Below are positions 1 through 13,208 of a stretch of 64,000 bases of DNA, piece after piece. Source of the DNA: Octopus sinensis (taxonomy: Eukaryota); NCBI RefSeq assembly GCF_006345805.1, contig NC_042998.1, positions 193,998,001-194,062,000 on the forward strand. The letters are read 5' to 3'. The notes below the pieces were generated by a model. It was not told the origin of the DNA, did not search any database, and saw only the letters and a program-made list of their open reading frames with translations. Position 1 is the stretch's first letter. The number at the start of each line of letters is the position of its first letter. The translations under genes and the position numbers were made by a program.

Positions 1-360
1 AACAATGTGAATACAGATGGTACAACAGGATCTCTTAGCAGACTAAACAAGGACCAGAATTTTGCATACAACTAGATGTACTAGAGTAGCTAGCAACAAA
101 TTATTAACTTTGTGAGTTCTAAGGACTGTTCAAATGCTTCATTCCAAATAGTTGTGTAATAGTTTTGAAGTGATAGCTAAATTTTGTTATCTTGAAAGAA
201 GTTTGGAAAAGTGCCATCCATGTTGGTAGCAGGGTTTTCTCTCCATCCAAAAAAATAAGACTGAATCATCTGTGAGAATGTGACAGTGTGATAAAGCAAC
301 TCTGAAATTACTGATAATGTATGAGTCGTTATTATTGCTTAAGAAGTGAAGAAAGTAGAT

Positions 361-770
361 GGTGTCATAGGCAGAGATGGGAATATTAGCATGCTGGGTA
401 AAATGCTTCGCAGTATTTCATCTGTCTTTACGTTCTGAGTTCAAATTCCGCTGAGGTCGACTTTGCCTTTCATCCTTTCGGGGTCGATAAATTAAGTACC
501 AGTTATGCACTGGGGTCGATATAATCGACTTAATCTGTTTGTCTGTTCTTGTTTGTCCTCTCTCTTTTTAGCCCCTTGTGGGTAGTAAAGAAATAGGTAT
601 TTCATCTGCCTTTACGTTCTGAGTTCAAATTCCGCCTAGGTTGACTTTGCTTTCATCCTTTCAGGGTTGATAAATTAAGTACCAGTTGCATACTGAGGTC
701 TATTTAATCGATTGGCCCACCCTCCCCCAAAATTTTGGTCCTTGTGCCTTGAATAGAAAAGAATATTTTT
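361..770 (+). mobile_element. tRNA-derived SINE family B with tandemly repeated body
   Basis: Body gttctgagttcaaattccg..gtcgactttgcctttcatcc occurs twice; homologous to 12816-13208. Confidence 0.8.
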
Positions 771-1611
771 GTGACTTCATACCAATCAGCCAGGTGGCGC
801 TTCCTTCAATACAAGCTATGTATATATGTAGCAGTAACCCTGACTCAACAGGAGTGGAAACAATTACTCTGTTGTGATTTTCACCTGAACTCCGAAAAGG
901 ATTAGTCGTTCTTTGGAGTTGAAGTGTTTTCTAGCTCAGGAAAGTAAGGCTAGCCTTTGTGATACAGTCTTTGCTATGTTGCAAGAATGGGCATGAAATA
1001 TGATAACAGGGTTCAATAAACGTTAGCAATAAGAATATGGCTTTAAAAAATCACTAGAGATATGTGCTCAAGATTTTCCTTACTGTATTTCATATTTCGA
1101 ATGTTGAGGGCAGATGTTAGAATGGATAGAACATTGGACAAAATGTTGCATTTAATTACACTCTTTAGTGCTGGTGCCGTGATTAAACACGCACTACTAG
1201 AGAGTAATAACTCTGAATTTGTGCTGACACAGACCATGATAGGCTGTCCTCTCATTGTGGATATATGGCGATCATGTTGGTAAAGGATGGTGGTAATTTA
1301 ACCTGATGTTAACTTTGCCTTTTATTCCTTTGAAATAAGTAACTCCCAAGTATGAGGGTCACTTTAATTGATTATACTTTCTCCCAATATTTTCAAAAAG
1401 TTCTGTTTGTGAACTCCTTCCATCCCTTTTTTTTTTATTGTCATTACTGCATTCTTAATGATTTCTTTCTGTGGTGGGTTGGGTTAGGGGTTTGTAAAAA
1501 AGTGTGCTGTGTTTGATTTAATTAACTTCAATACACCACTGGTGCTTATTGTATCAACCTGGGAGTGATAAAATAACTTAACTTCTGGATTTAAAAAAAA
1601 AAAAGAATATA

Positions 1612-2010
1612 GCTGTAGGAGTGGCTGTGTGGTAAGTAGCCTGTTTACCAACCACATGGTTACGGGTTCAGTCCCACTGCGTGGCACCTTGGGCAAGTGT
1701 CTTCTGCTATAGCCTCGGGCCGACCAAAGCCTTGTGAGTGGATTTGGTAGACGGAAACTGAAAGAAGCCTGTCGTATATATGTGTGCATGTTTATATGTT
1801 TGTGTTTGCCCCCCCCCGCCCCCAATATCGCTTGACAACCGATGCTGGTGTGTTTACGTCCCCGTAACTTAGCGGTTCGGCAAAAGAGACCGATAGAATA
1901 AGTACTAGGCTTACAAAGAGTAAGTCCCGGGGTCGATTTGATCAACTAAAGGCGGTGCTCCAGCATGGCCGCAGTCAAATGACTGAAACAAGTAAAAGAG
2001 TAAAGAGTAT
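1612..2010 (+). mobile_element. tRNA-derived SINE family A, full length, young
   Basis: A box tggctgtgtgg, B box ggttcagtccc, body, internal microsatellite and tail ggcggtgctccagcatggccgcagtcaaatgactgaaac; about ten related copies in the window. Confidence 0.9.
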
Positions 2011-2336
2011 AAGAGAAGAAAGACAACTAATTTATCCTGAAAAATTTAGTTGAGTACTCTACCATTTATTTATATCACACCAAGAGGAATAAGAATAAAA
2101 GAATAAATAATTACTTTTGAGTGAGTTACGGAACTTAAACATTTAAAATGTAGTCTTCAATAGGTTAGACTGCGACTCCAAGCAACATTCAGTCATATAA
2201 GGCAGCACTGAGTGTCAATTCATTCCTCTGATGTTGAAGTAATTTATTTGATTCATTTATAATCTCTGATATCACTCGACGTATTAGAAGGGAGATAATT
2301 CTATCTTTCACATGAAGAACTTAAAATATTTAATAT

Positions 2337-2869
2337 GTGGAAACACTCCGTCGGTTACGACGACGAGGGTTCCGGTTGATCCGAATCAACGGAACAGCCT
2401 ACTCGTGAAATTAACGTGTAAGTGGCTGAGCACTCCACAGACACGTGTAACCCATAACGTAGTTCTCGGGGATATTCAGCGTGACACAGAGAGTGACAAG
2501 GCCGGTCCTTTGAAATACAGGTACAACAGAAACAGGAAGTAAGAGTGAGAGAAAGTTTGTGGTGAAAGAGTACAGCAGGGATCACCACCATCCCCTGCCG
2601 GAGCCTCGAAGCACTCCGTCGGTTACGACGACGAGGGTTCCGGTTGATCCGAATCAACGGAACAGCCTGCTCGTGAAATTAACGTGTAAGTGGCTGAGCA
2701 CACCACAGACACGTGTAACCCTTAACGGGGATATTCAGCGTGACACAGAGAGTGACAAGGCCAGCCCTTTGAAATACAGGTACAACAGAAGAAACAGGAA
2801 GTAAGAGTGAGAGAAAGTTGTGGTGAAAGAGTACAGCAGGGTTCACCACCATCCCCTGCCGGAGCCTCC
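2337..2869 (-). mobile_element. Tandem dimer of 5'-truncated SINE family C
   Basis: Two ~260-bp units homologous to 27631-28010; flanked by atatttaatat at 2326-2336 and 2870-2880. Confidence 0.85.
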
Positions 2870-3039
2870 ATATTTAATATAGTGTCAATGGTTTTAAATT
2901 GTCACGATGTTGAAGCTTATGTATTTTCGTTTCTTAGGTCTTTTATATTTCATTTGTGCCAGTGTTTCTCTTGGAATGGTATGTTTGGAACTAAGAAGTT
3001 CCCATGTTTAATGATTTGATAGATTTTGTGCCGTTTAAG

Positions 3040-3322
3040 AGATTCAGGTGGTATAAAATACCTTATTCAAATATCTTCATGTATATTTATTATGTTCTAT
3101 TAATCCTTTTATTACCATATTTCTGTTGAGATGCTCAGTGTTTCTTTCAATTAATTTTAAATATAACAAAGAATTTAATAAAATAACTTAGTTATCATTA
3201 AGCTAGTATTAGGAATATAAATTGTGACGGTTTCGTGGAAGATTTTAATTCAGAACTTTTGAAAACAGGACATTTGTACTACAGAGCCAGGGGCGGTTTC
3301 AGGCAGGTTGCTATCAAAAGGG
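3040..3322. mobile_element. Partial piggyBac-like non-autonomous element (one end only)
   Basis: Ends aaaaggg followed by ttaa; other terminus not found. Confidence 0.4.
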
Positions 3323-3667
3323 TTAACATGTAAATGTATTTAATCAACATCTGCACGCAATATTTCTCTATCTAATCTGTGATATTGTTGTTATACTAAA
3401 GTTGTAGTATTACCTACATTTTGCTTGCATGTATGTGGTCAGGACTATTAAAGGTGACCAACACAAGTTCACTTCTACGTTACTGTTTTAAAACAAAATC
3501 GTTTCAATTTTCAACCACAGGTTGTTGGCTTTGTTTTTTCCGTTTAGTTTCCGGTCTTCTTTAGGCTGTAACTGTGATAAAATGTAGCGCTAGTACGCCT
3601 TGTAAAGTTATTGGAATTAGGAAGATAACCCAGCCATAAAACCGTGACAAAATAAAATTTACAAGTG

Positions 3668-3763
3668 AGGCCTGGCGCAGCCTTCTGGCTCCCCAGACCC
3701 CAGTTGAACCGTCCAACCCATGCTAGCATGGAAAACGAACGTTAAACGATGATGATGATGATA
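3668..3763 (+). mobile_element. 3' fragment of SINE-like family D with (GAT)n tail
   Basis: ccgtccaacccatgctagcatgga..gttaaacgatgatgatg. Confidence 0.8.
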
Positions 3764-4825
3764 ATAATATAGTCCTTCTGACGTGTCCAGGAAGACAGTA
3801 GTTCCAAATAAGAACTGGCTTAGATAATTATGACCCATCTAACCCCCAACTCTAACCCATGTCATCTTGAAAAGGGGACATAAAATGGTGATCAGAACGT
3901 TAATTAAATTTATTACTACATGTCTATACTTCAATGCACATCACACTAATGAGCTATGGGAATAAGAATATTCTAAGTTGTGTACAACCAGTCGTGGCCA
4001 TGTGGTTCTCAGCCATGTGGTTTTGGTCTTGCGTTTTAGTCCTGTCACATGGCACCTTAGGCAGATGTCTTCCTATATAGCCCTTGGCTGGTAGTCAGAA
4101 GCCTGTCGTGTAGGTATGTGTGTGCGAATATCAATGTTTACATTTTGTCCTTCACATGGAAAAGCACTGAGCTACAAACTGGTGTTTGTTGACGTTCGTT
4201 TTCAACAAATTCGTCAACTAGATGTGTATATCTAATGAAGAATGAAAAGAAAAATCTCTTACTGGAAAAGTAAGCGAAGGTTAGTGACCAGAAGAAGTGA
4301 AGGGTTAATGACCAAGACCGCTGTAAAACGATCCCTCAGTAATGTGTATTCGTGTAGCCCATGCTTGCCTGCTAAAACCGATGTAAAACGAGTGTGTGTG
4401 TGTAGGTAAGGGAGATAACTAATATGAGCTAGTCAGAATTTTTGGAAACTAAGGATGCAAAAAGGTGTGGATCCTGTATTTAAAGCTATATGTAGGTATG
4501 GTGGATCTCCGTTGTTCAGTGATGAGGATCCAGGTATTTGATTAAATGACTGAGTATTCTGACTCTCAAGCATAATCACTGTGATAGTGACAGGGCTGTA
4601 ACTTTTGAATTACAGGAACAATCTCTACTACAGGCTTCTATACAGTTTCCATGTAGTCACTTTCGCTAACCAGATGTGGGCCAACCAAGGCTAGAGAAAT
4701 AACATTTTCCCAACATACCACAAATCGAATTGAACCTTGCAGATATGACGTGAACTTCTTAACCAATTTGTCCACACTGCACTTACATTGCTTTCAGTAC
4801 AAGATTCATACCCACTTGCTTCTTT

Positions 4826-5100
4826 CATCATCATCATCATCGTTTAACGTCCGCTTTCCATGCTAGCATGGGTTGGACGATTGACTGAGGGCTGGCGAAC
4901 CAGATGGCTGCACCAGACTCGAATCTTGATCTGGCTGAGTTTCTACAGCTGGATGCCCTTCCTAATGCCAACCACTCCGAGAGTGTAGTGCGTGCTTTTA
5001 CATGGGCCAGTTAGGCGGTACTGGCAACGGCCACGCTCAAGTGGTGCTTTTTATGTGCCACCTGCACAGGAGCCAGTCCTGCGGCACAGGCAACGACCTC
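4826..5100 (-). mobile_element. Family D repeat
   Basis: (cat)n cgtttaacgtccgctttccatgctagcatgggttggacg. Confidence 0.85.
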
Positions 5101-5447
5101 TTTATTTTCCAAAAATTTTGGTTGGTGAGCATGAGCGATTATCTCTGTTTCTGTTGTGCTGCTTTAGAATATGTTCTACTGAGATATTTTCTGTCGGCCC
5201 TGTTGTTGGTATTCATAATCAGTGTTTCCCTCTTTTCTGTGTATAATGGTTAGCTTGGTGTCATAATAAAAAGACACTTGCCTAAGATGCTACACAGTGG
5301 GAATGAACCTAAAAACCACATGGTTGGGAAGTAAAAGTTCTTAACAGTCATGCCTCTGCCGCTGGTATAAATATATTCAATTGTACTGTTCTAGTTATCT
5401 AGATTTCCTTATTTTAATCAATATACATAAATATACAGTGGTTACTG

Positions 5448-5990
5448 TCATCATCATCATCCTTTAACGTCTGCTTTCCATGCTAGCATGGGTTGGACGA
5501 TTTTGACTGAGGGCTGGCGAACCAGATGGCTGCACCAAACTCCAATCTTGATCTGGCAGAGTTTCTACAGCTGGATGCCCTTCCTAACGCCAACCACTCC
5601 GAGAGTGTAGTGGGTGCTTTTTACGTGCCACCAGCATGGGGGCCAGTCAGGTGGTACTGACTTCGCTCGAACCTTTTTACACATTCCACTGGCACAGGTG
5701 CCAGTAAGGCGACTTTGGTAACGATCAGGCTCGAATGGTGCCGTTTTACGTGCCACCAGTACGGAAGTCAGTTAGCCGCTCTGTCAAATGATCACACTCG
5801 TATAGTGCTCTTGGCACCCTACTAGCATGGGCACAAGTGCCAGTAAGGCGACGCTGGTAACAATCACACTTGAATGGTGCCCTTTTATGTGCCACTGGCA
5901 TGGAAGCCGGTTAGCCGCTCTGTTAAATGATCACACTCGTATGGTGCTCTTTGCACCCCGCTAGCACGGATGCCAATCATCGAATTTGGT
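5448..5990 (-). mobile_element. Family D repeat with internal ~125-bp tandem units
   Basis: Same tail; repeated aatgatcacactcgtat / gtgccagtaaggcgac blocks. Confidence 0.85.
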
Positions 5991-6409
5991 GTATAATATG
6001 AATTAAAATATTTTTTAAACCTAACATAAGGGTGCATGTATAACTATATGTTACTGAGTTTTCCCAGTTTAGTGCACTGACTTGTCCAAGATGGCATGAT
6101 CAGAAGTGAGTTAACTAGTGTGCAATGAACTGTTGAAATTACTGTAATAATGTTACATTTTTTTCTGTGATGGTAATAATACACTAAATGTTCTGTACAA
6201 CTAGTAAATCAGGCCCTGTAGAATTATTTCAGTGGACATTGTGTGTGTGTGTGTGTGTGTGTGGCAGGGCTGAATGTATTACTTTCACTCACATAAAAAA
6301 AGTTTTGTTTTCTAGATACAAACATAAAATGAAATACTTCTGTTTTTTTTTTTTTTTTTTCTTGAGATACTTCAATTAGAATGTAAATAGATTATTTAAT
6401 TTTGAAGAA

Positions 6410-6800
6410 TCTCTCTATATATGAACGGCAAAATGTCTGTGTGTGTGTCCTTTATACAAATCCACAATTTTTGGGTTAGAGGGCTCGCACTTTCTATGGT
6501 CATTCAAAACCGTCCAAGGGTGGTCATGCACATCTTTACATTTCCACAGTCACCCCGCAAAGCCATTGAAAAATCAATAGAAGTGACTATTTTGTGAATT
6601 TTCTATCCCAAACCCAATCAAAATGCCCAAAACTTGATACACCAATTGAATGCCAGCTAGCTGTATGTGATTGGTCAGAGATTTGGACAGTACTCGCATG
6701 TATGTGCACATGCACGCAGCTGTATATGCATGCACTAGCACTATGACCCGGCAACGGATACCGTCATTTTCAAAATATGCACATAAACTGAAAGAAATAA
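6410..6800 (+). mobile_element. Non-autonomous Helitron-like element, 5' part
   Basis: a|tctctctatatatgaacggcaaaatgtctgtgtg matches the 5' end of 13774-14573; 3' CTAG end not found. Confidence 0.55.
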
Positions 6801-6921
6801 TACTTCTATTCATGTCATATTGCAATTATTACAATAAATTGTCACTAGACATGTTTCTTTTGAAAGAATGAAAGTATTTGATTACAAAGCATTGAAAGAA
6901 AGACATAATGATAGTGTTTAC

Positions 6922-7280
6922 TTGTACTTGTGGCGACATTCACCCTGGACGGGTTGAGTCGGCTTCTTCTACCACCCTCGAGGCATCTCAAACCATGGCA
7001 GCCCAGTCACGGTTCCATCGGCGCAGGCCGACCACCTGCGGTCCCGTGAGCATGGAGAGGTCCTCCTTGATCATCGTAACCCAGGTTTCCAGCTGCCCGC
7101 GCGCGCGCTTCCACCAGTTGGGAAGTGGAGTTGGGAGAAGGACATCACGGCTCAGTTCACCCACTGGACGTCTACATGCATGGCCAAACCACCGCAAGCG
7201 CAGTTGCAGAAGGACAGATGGAAGGGGCCGCAGAGACAGGCAAAGTCTTCCATGAATTCTCAATGGTGAATACAATGACT
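6922..7280 (-). mobile_element. 5'-truncated RTE-clade LINE 3' end with target-site duplication
   Basis: LRWFGHACRR..KRARGQLETWVTMIKEDL is an RTE C-terminus; (caagta)n tail; 17-bp direct repeat ataatgatagtgtttac at 6905-6921 and 7281-7297. Confidence 0.85.
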
Positions 7281-7587
7281 ATAATGATAGTGTTTACATT
7301 CTACATGTCTTTTATATCCTTTTATACAGAAGGTTGATGGCAGTAATTACATGTGTTTGTCCATAAATTCAAAAGCTCACTGCTGAGTTGGCTTCATGTT
7401 TTGTTAGGGTACATGGATTTTATTCAGTGCATTTTAGAGAGCAGTTATAATTAATCTGAACAAACACCTTTTACAAAACATCATGCTGTTGAAGAAATGT
7501 TGGTACATACTATACACAGTAGGTACTTTTTTTCCAAGGTTTCAATGCCAAAAATAGAAGTAAACACAGTATTCAAGTGTGTCACTG

Positions 7588-7693
7588 CCAGATCAGACTG
7601 GGCCTGATGCAGCCTTCTGGCTTCACAGACCCCAGGTGAACCGTCCAACCCATGCTAGCATGGAAAGCGGACTCTAAATGATGATGATGATGA
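7588..7693 (+). mobile_element. Family D 3' fragment
   Basis: Shared tail ending (gat)n. Confidence 0.8.
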
Positions 7694-7694
7694 T

Positions 7695-8014
7695 ATTTTA
7701 TTATTTATGCGCCCTTTTGAAGCCTAGCCAGGCTAATGGGCCCGGTTTCCCGGTTTCTGTGGCATATGTGTTCCCCCTAGCTGGACAGAACGCTAGTCCA
7801 TCGCAGCATTACTCAAGAAACAAGAAGAGAGAGTGAGAGAAAGTTGGGATGAAAGAGTACAACAGGGGTCGGCACCCCCCCCCCCCTGCCGGAGCCTCGT
7901 AGAGCTTTAGATGTTTTCGCTCAATAAACACACACAATGCCCAGTCTGTGAATTGAAACTGCAATCCTCTGACTGTGAATCCGCTACCGTAGCCACTAGG
8001 CCATTGCGCCTCCA
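7695..8014 (-). mobile_element. tRNA-derived SINE: family C head and body with an alternative tail
   Basis: Head ggaggcgcaatggcctagtgg as at 27631; tail ..gcctggctaggcttcaaaagggcgcat as at 45428. Confidence 0.85.
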
Positions 8015-8316
8015 CTCACACACACACTCACACATATATATATCTTAACGTGTTTATCATTTGCTGTATTTTCTTCTGCATAACTTTTCCTAAGATCACC
8101 TTTAGTGATTTGTTAATCTGATGAACAGCCAGTGTAGTACGCATTTTATTTTGTAGCCTTCTTATAATAATAATATTCTGTATTTAGGTACATGCATGGT
8201 GATATTTTTGACTTTAGCAAGAGTAGTAAGTAACCCCTTTAACAAGTATTAGTAAATTTCCTGTGTAGCTTTAGCAAGAAGATAAACTATTTTTGTCTGT
8301 CTGTGAGCATATTGTG

Positions 8317-8629
8317 TATATAGATGTTATGTTTAATTTTGTACATAGTTGAAAACAATCTGTTGTAACAAGTAGAGAATCTCTTAAATGATCTATACCT
8401 GTATTATTTAGAGGATGAAAGTTAGTATTTTGGAATAAATTTTACGCTTTCTAACGAAAGTTAGTATTTTGGAATAAATTTTACGCTTTCGTTAGAAAGC
8501 GTAAAATTTATTCCAAAATACTAACTTTCATCCTCTAAATAATACAGGTATAGATCATTTAAGAGATTCTCTACTTGTTACAACAGATTGTTTTCAACTA
8601 TGTACAAAATTAAACATAACATCTATATA
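8317..8629. repeat. Perfect 144-bp inverted repeat with 25-bp spacer
   Basis: 8317-8460 is the exact reverse complement of 8486-8629. Confidence 0.95.
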
Positions 8630-10337
8630 TTGCCAGAAAAAAAAAAGGGCAAAATTGTAAAATTTTGACACAACCCTGGGCAGAAGGACAAGTTTTTAAA
8701 TAATACATTTGGGCATGTTTTGGTAGTTCACATTAAGTGATTTGGAAGAGACTCGATACTTTATAACATAAATCTTGCACTTGTTTGTAGTTTGATTGTT
8801 ACCTGTTTGGCAGGCAGTAGAATGGCAGAATAATGGCAGATAAAATGCTTGGTGCTCTTAGGTTATCTTGTGAGTCCAGATCCTCCTAGAGTTAGGTTCT
8901 TTCGTCCTTTTGGAGGCCATTAGTGCCAATCACATACTGGGATTTAATCAACTGTTCCTTCCCAAAAATCTATTGGTTTTATGCCTCTTAGAAATTCTTA
9001 TTTATTATTAAATTGTATTCTATTGCCAGTCCTTCTCACTTTAGTCAGAAGAGGAAGGCTGACATATATCCAAGTGATTGCAGACAGCTGTGTACAAGGA
9101 GGGGTTCCAGAGGATGACTGAGTAAACTGTTTAACCTGCTGAAGAATAACAGAAAGCTGTGAGGGATTCCATTGGTGGGGTTATGTGAAAGTGCAGGGAG
9201 AGACAGAGGCTGTTTATTCTTTCTCTCTCATACTCACACACATGCTGACACCTGAATATTAATGAATGTAAGTTTGTCTGTGAAGCAGAAAGGCTTTCGT
9301 TGGATGCTGTCCAGAATGTGTTTCTTAAACTCCCAAGTTCCTTTTAGCCATCACAACTGAAGTCCTGATTGGGCACTGCATGTATATGTAAAGAGAGAGA
9401 TTTCCTAGAATTTCTGATTTGAGCTGTGTGTTGCTCATATGCTACTTAATTTGTGAAGAGCCACTATTGAAGGATGATTGCTCTATTCATGAAGAAAATA
9501 CAGGCTAGGTAGAACATATTCAGATAAGGAAGAAGAGGCATGTATATTTGTATCATCAGCATAGACGTGTGTGTTGTTGTTGTGTAGTCCTAAGTAAGTA
9601 GTTAGCTAAACAACCAGGTGTGATACTGTAGTGGAGCCAATAGGAGAGCAACCAGCCTTGAAGAGGGGAAAACAGAAAAGAGTAACATTTTTAATTGGTT
9701 ATTAATTATTACAGTAACTGCTGTCAATCAGATTAAATACATTTTGTTGATCTCATCTCTATTTTTAGCTCAGTGATACACTTTTGGTTTCGATGACCTC
9801 TTCATTAGCATTAGTAATCTACTCCATGTATGTATGTTTGTATGTGTGTATCCATCCTTCTGCATCCATGTATATTTGTGACCTTTCTTAATCTGCCTTC
9901 TTATTGTTTTTCTTCGGTTGTTTAGCTCCAGGTCAGTTCAGATTGAACAGGTATTTCAGTTGACCCCTCACCTGTGTTTTTTTTATATTTTATTTTAAGA
10001 CATTGAATCTTTAGGATTACACATGCAATCTAATTTTCTTTTCCCTCCTTTTCTAGACAGCAGAATGTGATCTGGGGGGAATTTGGCTATAATTTCAACA
10101 TAGAGATTCCCTTATGTTTTGCTCTTTTGCCCCCCCCCCCCGTTTGTAATTTTAATTATTTAGTTTGCATTTTCATTGACTTCGAATTATATATACACCC
10201 CACAGTCCTTAAAGTTATCTCTGCTTATTCTGTTATTTCATTCTTGATGGAAATTCTTTGATTGTAGTTATAACTTAGACTTTCTCATTATTTAACCTTT
10301 TTAATACTGGTTGTTTTAAATGTTCATATTTAATTAA

Positions 10338-10556
10338 ACCTTTAGCATTTAAATCAAACGTATCTAGCTGAAATATTATACCTCTTTTATGTTCAGACTG
10401 GCCGGATCTGACCTCATACCTCTGCTAATATGTCAATTATAAAGATAAACAATCACATCATTGAAATCTTGAAACTATGAGATAATTCATGATTAATTCA
10501 AAATAATGTGAATGAATAAACATTACGCTTGATAAAGTAATCTGAAAGTTAAAGGG
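10338..10556. mobile_element. piggyBac-like MITE
   Basis: ttaa|acctttagc ... gttaaaggg|gtaa: degenerate short TIRs and TTAA-like flanks. Confidence 0.55.
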
Positions 10557-11143
10557 GTAAATTAAAATTTTCCATTGTAATGAAGTAAATTTTACCTAAT
10601 CCATACAAATTCTTGATTATCTTAAAATTTAACTGAACATTGACGGTGTTTTTCATTAGAAATATCATGAGAGTGCAGTAATCTTTCTTCGTTGTTATAA
10701 GTAGATGTGTATTTATCGACCCCCTTGAATAGTCCCATTGAACACTTTGGAGACCCCTGCTATATGCAATAAAGCTAAATACAACTGGGCTCTATAAGTA
10801 AGGGACATAACTCTGGTGTATTGTTTAAATTGAAGTGTATTGGAACATTTTGAAAATTTGGAAACAACTGTTTTGAAACTACATTGGAATAGAATTGGCA
10901 TTCTTGGTCTGAAGATAAGGTATTGTCAAATGTATAGAGTTACTATAAGGTAAATTAGCTAAGAGGGTACTATACTAACTAGTTGGCCATGAGTTCAAAT
11001 CTGGTGTAGAATTTTGATGTCTTGCCTGAATGATATATCAAACTGTACGTGGTAGACTTATACTAACTGATTTTGTATATCAGTCAGTATAAACTGTTGT
11101 GTATGGTCCGATATATGTAAAGACAGTGTAGTCTTAAATACAT

Positions 11144-11190
<47 letters not shown>

Positions 11191-11229
11191 CACATATATA
11201 TATCCTCATATATATATATATATATATAT

Positions 11230-11915
11230 ATACACATGTATGTTTGTATGTGTATTAGAATCGAAGGGACTTAGAGTCAACCTAGCTAAAACCAAAGTCC
11301 TAATAAGTAGGAAGGCAGGCAAACCACAAATCCCTCCAGGTAGATGGCCCTGCTCGATCTGTAGAAAAGGCGTAGGTAGAAACTCTATAAGATGTACCCA
11401 GTGTAAGCTATGGACACATAAGAGGAGCAGCAATATCAAAGGAAGGCTAACTGGGAGGATAGCTTTTGTATGTGGCAGATGCTCGGGAGCTATAAATAAC
11501 AGTGAAAATGTGCAGAGAACAACTTCTGACACATTCCAGGGAGAAAAATTAGAAGTAGTTGATAGCTTCTGTTACCTAGGTGACCAAGTCAGTAGCGGGG
11601 GAGGCTGCACTGAAATTGTAGCTGCTAGAATAAGAATAGCGTGGGCTACATTCAGAGAGCTCTTACCTTTGCTGGTGACAAAGGGCCTCTCACTCAGAGT
11701 AAAAGGTAGACTGTGACCAGGACCTCTGGAAATATGCTGCGCTTGAGAAGACTTGGCAAGCACAAGTGAGACCATAACCTTGTGGCCTATGCCAGGGGTG
11801 TAACCAGTCCACTTGTGCGTGCCTTTCCTTCATTGGACACTAAACTCTGCTTGCGAAGACCTGTTGAGGCAAGTGCATATGGTATGTTAAAAACACCATT
11901 TAGCGATGATGATGA
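11230..11915 (+). mobile_element. RTE-clade LINE fragment (RT C-terminal part with Cys-rich PHD-like insert), internally deleted, (GAT)n tail
   Basis: LESKGLRVNLAKTKVL..CSICRKGVGRNSIRCTQCKLWTH..FCYLGDQVSSGGGC..ARIRIAW. Confidence 0.85.
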
Positions 11916-11917
11916 TG

Positions 11918-11942
<25 letters not shown>

Positions 11943-11948
<6 letters not shown>

Positions 11949-12066
11949 TGCTTTCCATGCTACCATGGGTTGGACGATTTTGACTGAGGGCTGGCAAACC
12001 AGATGGCTGCACCAGGCTCCAATCTTGATTTGGTAGAGTTTCTACAGCTGGATGCCCTTCCTAATG

Positions 12067-12068
<2 letters not shown>
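11943..12068 (-). mobile_element. Family D fragment between (TA)n tracts
   Basis: ctttccatgctaccatgggttggacg..ggatgcccttcctaatgcc. Confidence 0.8.
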
Positions 12069-12102
<34 letters not shown>

Positions 12103-12104
<2 letters not shown>

Positions 12105-12510
12105 GAGCTCTTACCTCAGCTAGTGACAAAGGGCCTCTTGCTCAGAGTAGAAAGTAGACTGTATGATGCATGTGTATGAACAGTTATGCTACATGGCAAT
12201 GAAACATGGGCCATGATTGCTGAGGACATGTGTAAGCTTGCAAGGAATGAAGCCAGTATGCTCTGCTGGATGTGTAATGGCAGTGTGCATACTCGGCAGA
12301 GTATAAGTACCTTGAGAGAAAAGTTGGACCTAAGAAGCATCAGATGTGGTGTGCAAGAGAGACAACTGAGCTGGTATGGGCATCTGGCGAGAATGGATGA
12401 GGATAGCTGTGTGAAAAAGTGCCACACCCCTAGTGGTTAAGGGAACCTGTGGAAGAAGTAGACCCAGGAAAACCTGAGATGAAGTGGTGAAGCACGACCT
12501 TTGAACACTG
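12103..12510 (+). mobile_element. Second RTE fragment of the same family (C-terminal region)
   Basis: MLHGNETWA..LSWYGHLARMDEDSCVKKC; starts with ~60 bp similar to 11657-11715. Confidence 0.85.
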
Positions 12511-12815
12511 TCAATAATTAGTAACAATTTTATTAATTTCTATAAAGTTCCGACATTAACACTCAAACTTTTTGCTGTCCTCTTCATATTTTAAGATCAG
12601 ATTTCTAATGTTATTATTTATCTTTTTCTCTTTGTCTCTTTGTGAATCCAAGAGTATAAGATATTTTGGAGATTCTCTTCTTACATGAAATTCTCTTGAT
12701 TTGTGTCAATGTTTAGGATGTTTTTCAATGTTAAAATGATTTTAAAATGATTACAGAAACCATAATTTACTGACAACTTGCCATTAGCTTAACTTTAATA
12801 ATATATTAATCGTAA

Positions 12816-13208
12816 GGGTGGTGAGCTGGCAGAATCGTTAGCACGCCGGGCGAAATGCGTAGCCATATTTCATCTGCCGTTACGTTCTGAGTTCAAATTC
12901 TGCCGAGGTTGACTTTGCCTTTCATCCTTTCGGGGGTCGATAAATTAAGTACCAGTTATGCACTGGGGTTGATATAATCGACTTAATCCGTTTGTCTGTC
13001 CTTATTCGTCCTCTCTGTGTTTAGCCCTTTGTGGGTAGTAAAGAAATAGGTATTTCATTCTTAGTTCAAATTCTGCTGAGGTTGACTTTGCCTTTCATCC
13101 TTTTGGAGTTGATTAAATAAATACCAGTTACGCACTGGGGTTGATGTAATCGACTTAATCCTTTTGTTTGTCCTCTATGTTTAGCCTCTTGTGGGCAATA
13201 AAGAAATA
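12816..13208 (+). mobile_element. SINE family B with target-site duplication
   Basis: Head ggtggtgagctggcagaatcgttagc; flanks aatatattaatcgtaa / aatatattaattgtaa. Confidence 0.9.
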
